A stretch of DNA of 63,974 nucleotides, filler included, from Octopus bimaculoides (lineage: Eukaryota), in NCBI RefSeq assembly GCF_001194135.2. It is 6 parts of 6 records of this genome, joined end to end, with 100 filler letters (N's around TTAATTAATTAA, not from the genome) between each part and the next. Parts side by side here need not be neighbours in the genome. Positions count along the whole stretch, not along the records: positions 44,882 to 62,231 come from NC_068988.1; 5 more parts are not named here. The stretch is one strand, 5' to 3'. Both the position numbers and the translations under genes were made by a program. Positions 51,690 through 61,984 of the stretch are shown here, piece after piece. How positions within the stretch are numbered: the first letter of the stretch is position 1; every line of letters begins with the position of its first letter. The notes beneath the pieces were generated by a model. That model was given only the letters and a program-made list of their open reading frames with translations. It had not been told where the DNA came from and ran no database searches.

Positions 51690-52205
51690 CCTCACAGAGG
51701 CAATGACCAGTGACTGAGACCTTTGATGATATGCTGTGCTTCAGAAGACCCGTATAGCCAAGTGCACAAAAAATCAACCTTTGAATGTTGGGCCTCACAG
51801 AGGCAAAGTGACTGAGTTCCTTTTGAGCGTTGGGTCTCATGGTAGCAAAGTGGCTGAGTTTCTTTCAAGTGTTGGGCCTCACGGAGACAATGACCAAGAC
51901 CTTTGGCACTATGCCGTGCTTGATAAGTAGACCCAATAAGCCGAGCAAAATCACAGTCGTGGCAGATACCTGTGTCACACAAATGGCACATAAAAGCATC
52001 CCGGTGTCACACAGATGGCACCCCTGCCAGTGGCATGTAAAAGCACCCATTACACTCTCAGAGTGGCTGGCATTTGGAAGGGCATCTAGTTGTAGAAAAC
52101 CATACCAAATCAGACTGGAATTTGGTGCAGCCTTCCAGCATGTCAGCCCAGTCAAACTGTTCAACCCATGCCAGCATGGACAATGGACGTTAAATGATGA
52201 TGATG
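51690..52205 (+). mobile_element. Family C repeat with internal ~40-bp tandem units
   Basis: Three CTTT.(A/G)GTGTTGGGCCTCA-type units, then the conserved 3' end and GAT tail. Confidence 0.8.
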
Positions 52206-53509
52206 CTAACATATATACATACATACAAACCTACATTACATTCATAATATTGTGTATAAACACACACACGCATACATATGCACGTGGGGGTGGGGCTGAC
52301 AGTGAATTTCGTTTAATTTTTTTTCACTTAGTTCATCTCCTCCTCCTTTTTACGTCTCCCTCTCTCTCTCTTTCTCTTTTACTGTCTCTCTCTTTATCCC
52401 TCTCTGCTTCTCTCTCTCTCTCTCTCCATCCCCTCTCTCTCTTACACTTTATAATATTTCTATCTCCTGCTTAACATTTCCCTCTCTAATTAACCAAATA
52501 TGGCTTCCATAGTTGAAAAAAAAAATTTTTTGAAAAACCTTAACCTTAACATGTAACCCCCAACCCTGCCCCCAGCCCTATTCTCTCTATCTTTTCACTT
52601 CATGAAGAGGATGGGTTTACTAGATAAACTTAATGACCTATCAGAGGTGGTGGCAGTGCTGATAGTTGAGATGGTGGTGGTGGCAGGTATTAACAGGGGT
52701 AATATCTTGGGTTAAGATCATGTGATAATGTTTACCTTAGCCTAGAACCCACCCACCTCCCNNNNNNNNNNNNNNNNNNNNNNNNNNNNNNNNNNNNNNN
52801 NNNNNNNNNNNNNNNNNNNNNNNNNNNNNNNNNNNNNNNNNNNNNNNNNNNNNNNNNNNNNNNNNNNNNNNNNNNNNNNNNNNNNNNNNNNNNNNNNNNN
52901 NNNNNNNNNNNNNNNNNNNNNNNNNNNNNNNNNNNNNNNNNNNNNNNNNNNNNNNNNNNNNNNNNNNNNNNNNNNNNNNNNNNNNNNNNNNNNNNNNNNN
53001 NNNNNNNNNNNNNNNNNNNNNNNNNNNNNNNNNNNNNNNNNNNNNNNNNNNNNNNNNNNNNNNNNNNNNNNNNNNNNNNNNNNNNNNNNNNNNNNNNNNN
53101 NNNNNNNNNNNNNNNNNNNNNNNNNNNNNNNNNNNNNNNNNNNNNNNNNNNNNNNNNNNNNNNNNNNNNNNNNNNNNNNNNNNNNNNNNNNNNNNNNNNN
53201 NNNNNNNNNNNNNNNNNNNNNNNNNNNNNNNNNNNNNNNNNNNNNNNNNNNNNNNNNNNNNNNNNNNNNNNNNNNNNNNNNNNNNNNNNNNNNNNNNNNN
53301 NNNNNNNNNNNNNNNNNNNNNNNNNNNNNNNNNNNNNNNNNNNNNNNNNNNNNNNNNNNNNNNNNNNNNNNNNNNNNNNNNACACACACCTACCTTCTAC
53401 ACCACACACCCAATGCCAAAAGTTCCAATTCCATCGCTTCTGTTTCTGTTCAAAGCCTACATTAACAAAATGGTTTGGCTGCACTTTTGATGAGGAACTA
53501 TACTCTCCC

Positions 53510-53610
53510 TCCATTCCTTTCTTTCTCTCTTTCATTTCTCTTCCCCTCTCTCTTTTTCTCACTCTCTCACTCTCTCTCATTTCTCCTCCTCTCTCTTTCT
53601 CTTTCTTGTA

Positions 53611-53648
<38 letters not shown>

Positions 53649-53845
53649 CTCTTTCTCTCTCATTCCCACTCTTCTCTCTTTTTCTCTTTCTCACACTCCC
53701 ACTCTCTCTCTCTCTCTCATTCCCTCCTCTCTTTCTCTCTTTTTGTTTCTCTCTTTCTCACTGTCTCAGTTTCTGTCTCCCTGTCTCTACCCGTGTTTTT
53801 CTCTCTCACTCTCTCTATCTCTCTCTCTTTCTGTCTGTCTGTCTC

Positions 53846-53894
<49 letters not shown>

Positions 53895-53960
53895 GTCTGT
53901 CTGTCTCCCTTTCTCTATCTCTCTCTTTCTGTCTGTCTGTCTCCATTTCTCTCTCTCCCC
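53510..53960. repeat. (CT)n-rich polypyrimidine low-complexity tract
   Basis: Direct inspection. Confidence 0.9.
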
Positions 53961-54489
53961 CCCCCTCACCTTTCCATTCTTCTTCCCCTCCAATCTCCAA
54001 AATCTCCAGTAAAGACGTCCACATCATTTCCAGTCGATAATCAATCATCTTTAAGCTTTAATCTCCTTACATCACTCAACTTAATACCAACTCACAGCTA
54101 TTGTCTTAGAATTAGGAAACAGCATAACTCTCCCCCCTCCCCCCTCTCTCTCCCTAATACTCTGATGGGCGATTCCTTTCAGTTAATCGTTTAATATTTG
54201 CTAGGATTAAATCTGTTTGGAAATCCTGCAGCAGAACTTATACAATCTCTTGAGCTGTTTCGGGAATTTAAAAATAACAACAAAACAGAATAAGAGAAAT
54301 AAATGGTAATTTAACATTGGAATAGCATGTGCTTGCGTGGGTGTGTGTGTGTGTGTGTGTTCACAAAGAATACACACACTTATATGGTACCATATGCATA
54401 CACAGAGAGACATACATGCACTTTTCAGAGGTTACTGTGTGCATTTTTATTATGGCACCAGCATATATATGTGTGTGTGTGTGTGGCCA

Positions 54490-54920
54490 TCTGAATGTGG
54501 CCATTACCAGTACCCACCTGACTGGCACCTGTGTCTGTGGAACGTAAAAAGCAATATCCAAATGTGATCGATGCCAGGCCCGCCTGACTGGCTCCTGTGC
54601 TGGTGGTATATAAAAAGCACCATCCAAATGTGGCCGATACCAGTACCCCCGACTGGCTCCTGTGCTGGTGGCATGTAAAAAGCATTATCTGAATGCGATT
54701 GTTGCCAGTAACCCCTGACTGGCTCCTGTGCCGGTGGCACGTAAAAAAAACAATAACTACACTCTCGCAGTAGTTGGCGTTAGGAAGAACATCCAGCTGT
54801 AGAAACTTTGCCAGATCAGGTTGGAGCCTGGTGCAGCCGCTGGCTCTCCAGGCCTCAGTCAAACCATCCAACCCATGCCAGCATGGAAAACAGATGTTAA
54901 ATGACGATGATGATAATGAT
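54490..54920 (+). mobile_element. Family C repeat with four ~61-bp tandem units
   Basis: Repeats of GACTGGCTCCTGTGC(T/C)GGTGGCA.GTAAAAAGCA, then the conserved 3' end. Confidence 0.8.
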
Positions 54921-55014
54921 ATAGTCAATTCAAAAGACAAAGAAGAAAACAAAAAGTAAAAAGACAAACAAACATGAGGATGTAGCACAAACAATGTATT
55001 AATAAGACACTCGG

Positions 55015-55195
55015 TGAAGGAAGGGAGTAGTTGTTTAGACCGACTCCAGTTCACAACTGGTACTTAATTCATAAACCCTGAAAGGATGAAAGGCAAAGTC
55101 GACCTCGGCAGAATTTGAACTCAGAACGTAAAGACTGACGAAATACCGCTAAGCATTTCGCCCGATGTGCTAACGATTCTGCCAGCTCGCTGCCT
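55015..55195 (-). mobile_element. SINE family A
   Basis: GAAAGGATGAAAGGCAAAGTCGACCTCGGCAGAATTTGAACTCAGAACG. Confidence 0.88.
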
Positions 55196-55225
55196 TTTGT
55201 TGTTGCAGATATTGCTGCTGGTGTT

Positions 55226-55555
55226 GAAAGCATAGCTCAGCAGTTAGGGTATTCATCTCATGATCATAAGGTTGTGAGTTCAATTCCTGGTGGCACATTG
55301 TGCCCTTCAGCAAGACACTTTATTTCACATTACTGCAGCTCACTCAGCTGGCAAAAATGAGTCGTACCTGTAATTCAAAAGGCCAACCATGTCACATTCT
55401 GTGTCACACTGAAGCTCCCTTAGAATTATGTTAAGGATATGCATGTCTATGGAGCGCTCAGCCACTTGCATGCTAATTCCATGAGCAGGTTGTTCGGATC
55501 AATTGGAACCAATTGATCTGATCAAGTGGAACTCTCATCATCATAACTGACAGAA
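55226..55555 (+). mobile_element. SINE family D
   Basis: tRNA-like head, AGCAAGACACTTTATTTCAC core, body homologous to the reverse complement of 45465-45610. Confidence 0.78.
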
Positions 55556-55648
55556 TGCCAGTTTTTTGGGGGTTTTTTTCCCTTGCTGTTGTTATTGATG
55601 TTGTTGTCGTTGCCATGGTGTTGATTCATAATTTTTTTCTATTTTTAG

Positions 55649-55848
55649 GTAATATTGCCCTCCACATATTTCTTCCACACATTCGTGAATTGTATGACCT
55701 CGAGACCTTATGGGCTGTCGGAGCTGAACACGACGACCTCTGCAAAGAGGCTGAAGAGAAATACATCATATCAAACGCAAGCTTGCTCTCTCTGAGAGGT
55801 TCAAACACCAAAGAGAAGCAGACGTCTGCCCAAACCACTCAGTCGTAA
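55649..55848 (+). CDS. MALSU1: MALSU1 terminal coding exon
   Basis: TTTTTCTATTTTTAG acceptor. G|GT completes Gly, then NIALHIFLPHIRELYDLETLWAVGAEHDDLC...TTQS*, matching the RsfS C-terminal motif 'G.i.vH.f.p..Re.YdLe.LW'. Stop TAA at 55846-55848. Confidence 0.93.
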
Positions 55849-55867
55849 TAACTGAAGGAAGCACACA

Positions 55868-55903
<36 letters not shown>

Positions 55904-56038
55904 TACGGGCACACCTATGTATACACATATATAAACATACACTCTCAAAAATATTGTTGGTTTTCCCAAACTTTGTAGAACCCCCAAGAATGAAGGTGTC
56001 CGTTGTCTCTTTCTATTTATTATTTCTTCTGAAAGAAA

Positions 56039-56044
56039 AATAAA
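56039..56044 (+). promoter_or_regulatory. Candidate polyadenylation signal for MALSU1
   Basis: AATAAA about 190 nt after the stop codon, followed by T-rich sequence. Confidence 0.35.
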
Positions 56045-57869
56045 TTTATTTTACTCATTTACTAATTGTTTTGCTTATTATTTGTAGGATTGTGATCGAT
56101 CCCCCCACACACACACGCACGAAGTTTGCTATCTGACCGCATGGTTTTGGTTTAATTCCGCTCTGTGCCATTTTGGGCAAGTGACTTCTGTTGTAGCTTT
56201 CAGACAACCAAAGCCTTGTGAATAGATTTTTGTAGAAGGAAACTGAAAGAGACCCATTGTGTGTGAGTCCATGCATGTATGTATGTATGTATGTATGTCA
56301 GTCAGTGTTCTGTTTTATTTCAAGATTTCTTGCCAATAGAGAAAGAACTGGTTTCCAACTTAGATTCAAGGCTCCTTCATTGGAATTTCAACATCAACAA
56401 CAGGGTATGTTTGTATGTATGTATGTATGTGCATATTTGTATGTTTTGTCTTATGTATGAATTCTCATGCATATAGTTGCATATCTAGACATGCTCATAT
56501 ATATTTAAATGATAAACTTCTGGAAAGTTTAACAGATTTTTACCATTCCAGTGTTGGATTGGATCTGTAGTCTTTGACTTAGCTTTCTCCTTTCTGGTTT
56601 TCAGAAGCTTAGTGTATATATGTATGTGAGTGTCACCATCATACAAGCAGTGTCCTTCATTTACAATCATCTGAGGGAACATGTTTGGCCCTGGAGAAGC
56701 GTTCGCAAGAAACTAGTGAGGGTTATTGACAGGAAAGGCGTCTGGCTATAGAAAGTCCACTTCAACAAATTCTGTCTGATCTATACCAGAAGAGAAAAGT
56801 TGGCAATAAATGATGATGAGAATCATTATGTGTGTGTGTGTTTTGTTATATGTAAATACCTTGTGGGTGTAATTTGGTCTCAGTGAACTGTGGAAGCTTG
56901 TTCTATATACTCTATTAACTCGTGTATAATTTTATGCTTTTTGCACAATATTGTAAGAGAAAAATAAAACAGGAATGCAGCTTATATATGAAGCTAACGA
57001 ACCTTGTGCAAGGAATTTGATCATTATCGCAACCAGCTGTTATTATAAATGCCCAACTATGTGAGGGAATCGCTCAGATGGGGACAGCGATTGTGAATAA
57101 GTTACTGTCATTTTCAAAGTATGGAAACTAAACCAGGAAAAGTTATTTCTTCTGAACCAAGTGTTTGGGAAGAAACAGTAGAACAGTGTCTGTCAGTGAG
57201 AGAGTTAGAGTTGCAATGAAGCTGTGTTAGTGACCAGGTCATTGTATACAACATCAAAGGAGGAGAGAAAGAAAGAAGAGAGAATGTGTGAAACACAACC
57301 AAATATCTCAGTCAAGTAACCAGTTACGAGCAGCCAACAAGAATGGCTGATCTCAAGAGAAAAAAACGCAAACAGTCCTTGAACATCTCTCTGTCTGTCT
57401 CTCTATGTATATATGTATGTGTGTGTGTGTGTATGTATGTATGCTTGCATGTATGCATGCATGCATGTTTAAATAATAAGGGTAAAAAATTGAATGTTAA
57501 TTTGATTAATATCAATTTAAAACCAGTGGCCTAGCATATTGAAAAAATCTGAAGATTCAGAAAAATTATATTACATACATATAAGACGGATGACCACTAA
57601 GTGGACATCCAGTATGCTAGATGTAGATCCCCCCATATGGTCTGACCACTAAGAAAATCTTTTCTTAGTGGTCAGACCATATGGTCAGCCATGATGTTCT
57701 TGTTTCACTTCAGCTCAGTCTGTGACCCAAGTTAATTATTGTATCTGATAGCTGTTAAGATGCCATCAAATACAGTAATCATCTCAAAAAATCAACCTGG
57801 ATCCTTTATGTGAAGTTGGGCCTTCCATAAGCTAATTTTGTCCCTAATCGCTCACTATTTTCTGAATGT

Positions 57870-58215
57870 AGCACAGGTGTGGCTGTATGGTAAGAAGCTT
57901 GCTTCGCAACCACATGGTTCTGGGTTCAGTTCCATGACATGGCATCTTGAGCAAGTGTCTTCTACTATAGCTTTGAGCCAACCAAATCCTTATGAGTGGA
58001 TTTGGTAGACGGAAACTGAAAGAAGCCTATCATATGTGTGTCTGTGCTTCTCTCTTGCCACTGTAACTTAGCAGTTCAGCAAAAGAGATCAGTAAAAGAG
58101 AATAAGTATCAGATTTTTAAAAAAACATAAGTACTGTGGTCAGTTCATTCAACCAAAAATTCTTCAAGGTGGTGCCCCAGTATGGCCACAGTCTAATGCC
58201 TGAAACAAGTAAAAG
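57870..58215 (+). mobile_element. tRNA-derived SINE family B, full length
   Basis: Head GGTGTGGCTGTATGGTAAGAAGCTTGCTT...GGGTTCAGTTCC, body GCAAGTGTCTTCTACTATAG...GGTAGACGGAAACTGAAAGAAGCC, tail CCAGTATGGCCACAGTCTAATGCCTGAAACAAGTAAAAG. Confidence 0.88.
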
Positions 58216-59431
58216 CTAAAAGCTAAAAACTGCGCTACTGAAATTATTGTGCCTCTTGTGCCATCATATTATACCCCCTAGCCGTCACTCTTGTTTCACA
58301 CCTGAGTCTCATTGTTGTGTAGTGTCATCATACTCTTTATTATACAAAGAAAGAGAGAGATGGGGGTAGGTGGTAAGGGGTGGACATAAAGACACCTTGT
58401 GGCTGACAGGTGTAAGCTTTCTTAATGTCTAACCTAGTTTCTGCTGCTGCAACTATTTTCTCACTACAATCATCTCTGTTAGCAATTACGCGGTCCCACC
58501 TAAGTTACTGTTACTATCTGTCTACTACTACTACTACTACTGTTGCTGCTGCCACGCCACCACCACCTCCACCACATCGCTACCACCGCCGCTACCACCA
58601 CCACCACCACCACCACTACTACTACTGGTGCTTCTGCCACCAACACCAGCGATCAAGCAGACAAACATAAACACACACACACACACACACACACANNNNN
58701 NNNNNNNNNNNNNNNNNNNNNNNNNNNNNNNNNNNNNNNNNNNNNNNNNNNNNNNNNNNNNNNNNNNNNNNNNNNNNNNNNNNNNNNNNNNNNNNNNNNN
58801 NNNNNNNNNNNNNNNNNNNNNNNNNNNNNNNNNNNNNNNNNNNNNNNNNNNNNNNNNNNNNNNNNNNNNNNNNNNNNNNNNNNNNNNNNNNNNNNNNNNN
58901 NNNNNNNNNNNNNNNNNNNNNNNNNNNNNNNNNNNNNNNNNNNNNNNNNNNNNNNNNNNNNNNNNNNNNNNNNNNNNNNNNNNNNNNNNNNNNNNNNNNN
59001 NNNNNNNNNNNNNNNNNNNNNNNNNNNNNNNNNNNNNNNNNNNNNNNNNNNNNNNNNNNNNNNNNNNNNNNNNNNNNNNNNNNNNNNNNNNNNNNNNNNN
59101 NNNNNNNNNNNNNNNNNNNNNNNNNNNNNNNNNNNNNNNNNNNNNNNNNNNNNNNNNNNNNNNNNNNNNNNNNNNNNNNNNNNNNNNNNNNNNNNNNNNN
59201 NNNNNNNNNNNNNNNNNNNNNNNNNNNNNNNNNNNNNNNNNNNNNNNNNNNNNNNNNNNNNNNNNNNNNNNNNNNNNNNNNNNNNNNNNNNNNNNNNNNN
59301 NNNNNNNNNNNNNNNNNNNNNNNNNNNNNNNNNNNNNNNNNNNNNNNNNNNNNNNNNNNNNNNNACTGACCAAAGCCCTGTGAGTGGATATATATATATA
59401 TATATATATAGGTGCAGGAGTGGCTGTGTGA

Positions 59432-59850
59432 TAAGAGCCTTTTAGATCTGATGTAGTGATTTTCTTTTGCTTTTTCTGACAAATTGACCTTTCCACATCA
59501 TATAAGACTTATATCTGATGTCTTTGTGGACAACATTTCTGACTGTTCCTTCTGACACATGGAGATCTTGTGCAATTGACCTCATGGACTTTCTGGGATT
59601 GTGATCAATGGTCTGTTGAACTTGCTGGATAAATTCAGGTGTTCTGATGATTTCAGAGCATTTAGAATGCTTTTTATGCTTTGATACCGGTGATATGTTT
59701 CCATCTTCAATCTCTAACTCTTTACGAACTTTGAAGACAAAAGATCTGGCAACTTTTAAAAATCGAGATATTTCTAAATCGCTATGCTCAGCCTTTTATA
59801 ACCACAACAGCATACCTTTTCATTTCTTGAATAAACGGAGGGTCTACCAT
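59432..59850 (-). mobile_element. N-terminal fragment of a second maT/DD37D-like transposase
   Basis: Minus strand reads LEISRFLKVARSFVFKVRKEL...RTPEFIQQVQQTIDHNPRKSMRSIAQDLHVSEGTVRNVVHKDIRYKSY, colinear with the 2190-2530 copy. Confidence 0.85.
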
Positions 59851-60532
59851 TACTATTTTCTGAAACAAAGATTATAAAGAGTTAGCAAAATATGCAGCAA
59901 TGACCCAAAAAAGATATGTCCTCAAATACCTTATGCATACTGAATATACACATACAATGGGCTTCTTTCACTTTCCACCTACCAAATCCATTCACAAGGA
60001 TTTGGTTGGCCCAAGGCTATATTAAAAGACACTTACTCAAGGTGCCATGCAGTGGGACTGAACCCGGAACTATGTGGTTTGGAAGCAAGCTTCTTACCAT
60101 ATACATATGATGGGCTTATAGCCCTGCCTATGCCTATAATTTAATAAGTAGAATATAAACACCCAAACTATGTTTTTTATTCTCACTGCACATTTATTTC
60201 AAGTTATTTCTTTAATGCCATTTAATGCATTAAATATGTTAAAACTAATTTACCCATCTTTATTAATAAACAACAATTTTGATTTATGATAATGCAGCTT
60301 TGTTCTGTGACTCACTCCTTATTGTCTACTTTGGTCTGGTGCCAGTTGTTTCAAATTCACTTTCAAGAAGAAGAATAAAGGTAAGCACCGAAGAAGCTTA
60401 CTTCTGTGCAAATTCCTTTTAGTCCCATAAACTCAGTCACAACCTCGCCCAAACCTGTTCCTCACACCCATTCCGATTGCTAATTTGTGTCAGATGTTTC
60501 ATTTAATGTTAGATATAATTATGGTAATTCTA

Positions 60533-60990
60533 AGGCAGTGAGCTGGCAGAACCATTAGCATACTGGGCAAATTGCTTAACAGCATTCCATTTGTCTTTGC
60601 ATTCTGAGTTCAAATTCTGCCAAGGTCGACTTTATCATTCATCCTTTCAAGGTTGATAAATAGGAATCAGTTGAGCACTAGGGTTGACGTAATCAACTCC
60701 TGCACCCCCAAATTGCTGGTCTTGTGCCAAATTTTAAAACCATTATTATCATTAGAGCAGTGAGCTAGCAGATTCGTTAGCGTGCTGGGTGAAATGCTTA
60801 GCGGTATTTCACCTGTTGTCACATACTGGGTTCAAATTCCACCCAGGTCCACTTTGCCTTTCATCCTTTCAGGACCAATAAAATAAGTGTCAGTTGATTT
60901 ACTGGGGTTGATATGTTCAACTAAACCCTTCAAGGTGGTGCCCCAGCATGGCCACAGTCCACTGACTGAAACTAGTAAAAGATATAAGAT
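60533..60990 (+). mobile_element. SINE family A head-to-tail pair; second copy ends in a family-B tail
   Basis: Copies at about 60533-60742 and 60755-60915, then CCCAGCATGGCCACAGTCCACTGACTGAAACTAGTAAAAGA. Confidence 0.8.
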
Positions 60991-61156
60991 AAAAACTGAC
61001 AAAACTGAAACAACAATATCTTATGTACAAACATAAATATATTTACAATGGACGAGATCTGCATTTGCTGTATCCCTTTTTATACAGAATTCCTCAGGTA
61101 CACTCAGTGATCCTATTGGAAGGGGGGTGGTACTAGAGGACACCTCTGCTCCACAT

Positions 61157-61655
61157 TGGGGGTCGATTTGTTCAACTAAAGGCAGTGCTCCAGCATGGCC
61201 GCAGTCAAATGACTGAAACAAATAAAAGAATATATATACTCTCTTTTACTCTTTACTCTTTTACTTGTTTCAGTCATTTGACTGCGGCCATGCTGGAGCA
61301 CCGCCTTTAGTTGAGCAAATCGACCCCAGGATTTATTCTTTGTAAGCCTAGTAATTATTCTATCAGTCTCTTTTGCCGAACTGCTAAGATACGGGGACGT
61401 AAACACACCACCATCGGTTGTCAAGCAATGGTGGGGGGACGAACACAGACATGCAAACATGCATACATATATATTTATATACATATATACGACGGGCTTC
61501 TTTCAGTTTCCGTCTACCAAATCCACTCACAAGGCTTTGATCGGCCCGAGGCTATAGTAGAAGACACTTGACCAAGGTGCCATGCAGTGGGACTGAACCC
61601 AGAACCATGTGGTTGGTAAGCAAGCTACTTACCACACAGCCACTCCTGCGCCTAT
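61157..61655. mobile_element. Two family B SINEs tail-to-tail (+ tail 61157-61232; - full copy 61240-61655)
   Basis: 71-bp inverted arms 61159-61229 and 61257-61327. Confidence 0.88.
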
Positions 61656-61984
61656 AAAATTTTGAATTGAATTCACGGACCCCCAGTACTACCATTGCAG
61701 ACCACCAGGGGTCTGCAGACTACCAAGGGTCTGTGGTCCCCAGGTTATATAAGCACCACAATATCTTCTTTGAGGGTATAGTTGTTGTTGTAGTTGTAGT
61801 TGTCGGTGGTGGTGGTGGTGTTAGCGTTGAATCTCTCCCTTATGTTGCCAGGTTGACATTTATAAATAATGAGGTCGTTAAAGTTGTCTGCTGCACATTT
61901 TTGGTACACATGGCAGCACACAAAAGTAAAATAAATAAAAAAAAATTTTAAAAATACAGAAGAGAGAGAAATATAGATGTTAAA

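Noticed and set aside
54490-54745. CRISPR-like repeat and spacer periodicity
   Set aside because: The 'spacers' are homologous to each other, the array sits inside a dispersed eukaryotic repeat, and there are no cas genes.
60346-60500. Opposing GTAAGC donors near 60380-60400
   Set aside because: The minus candidate has stops in all three frames, and the plus candidate is short with no recognisable peptide.
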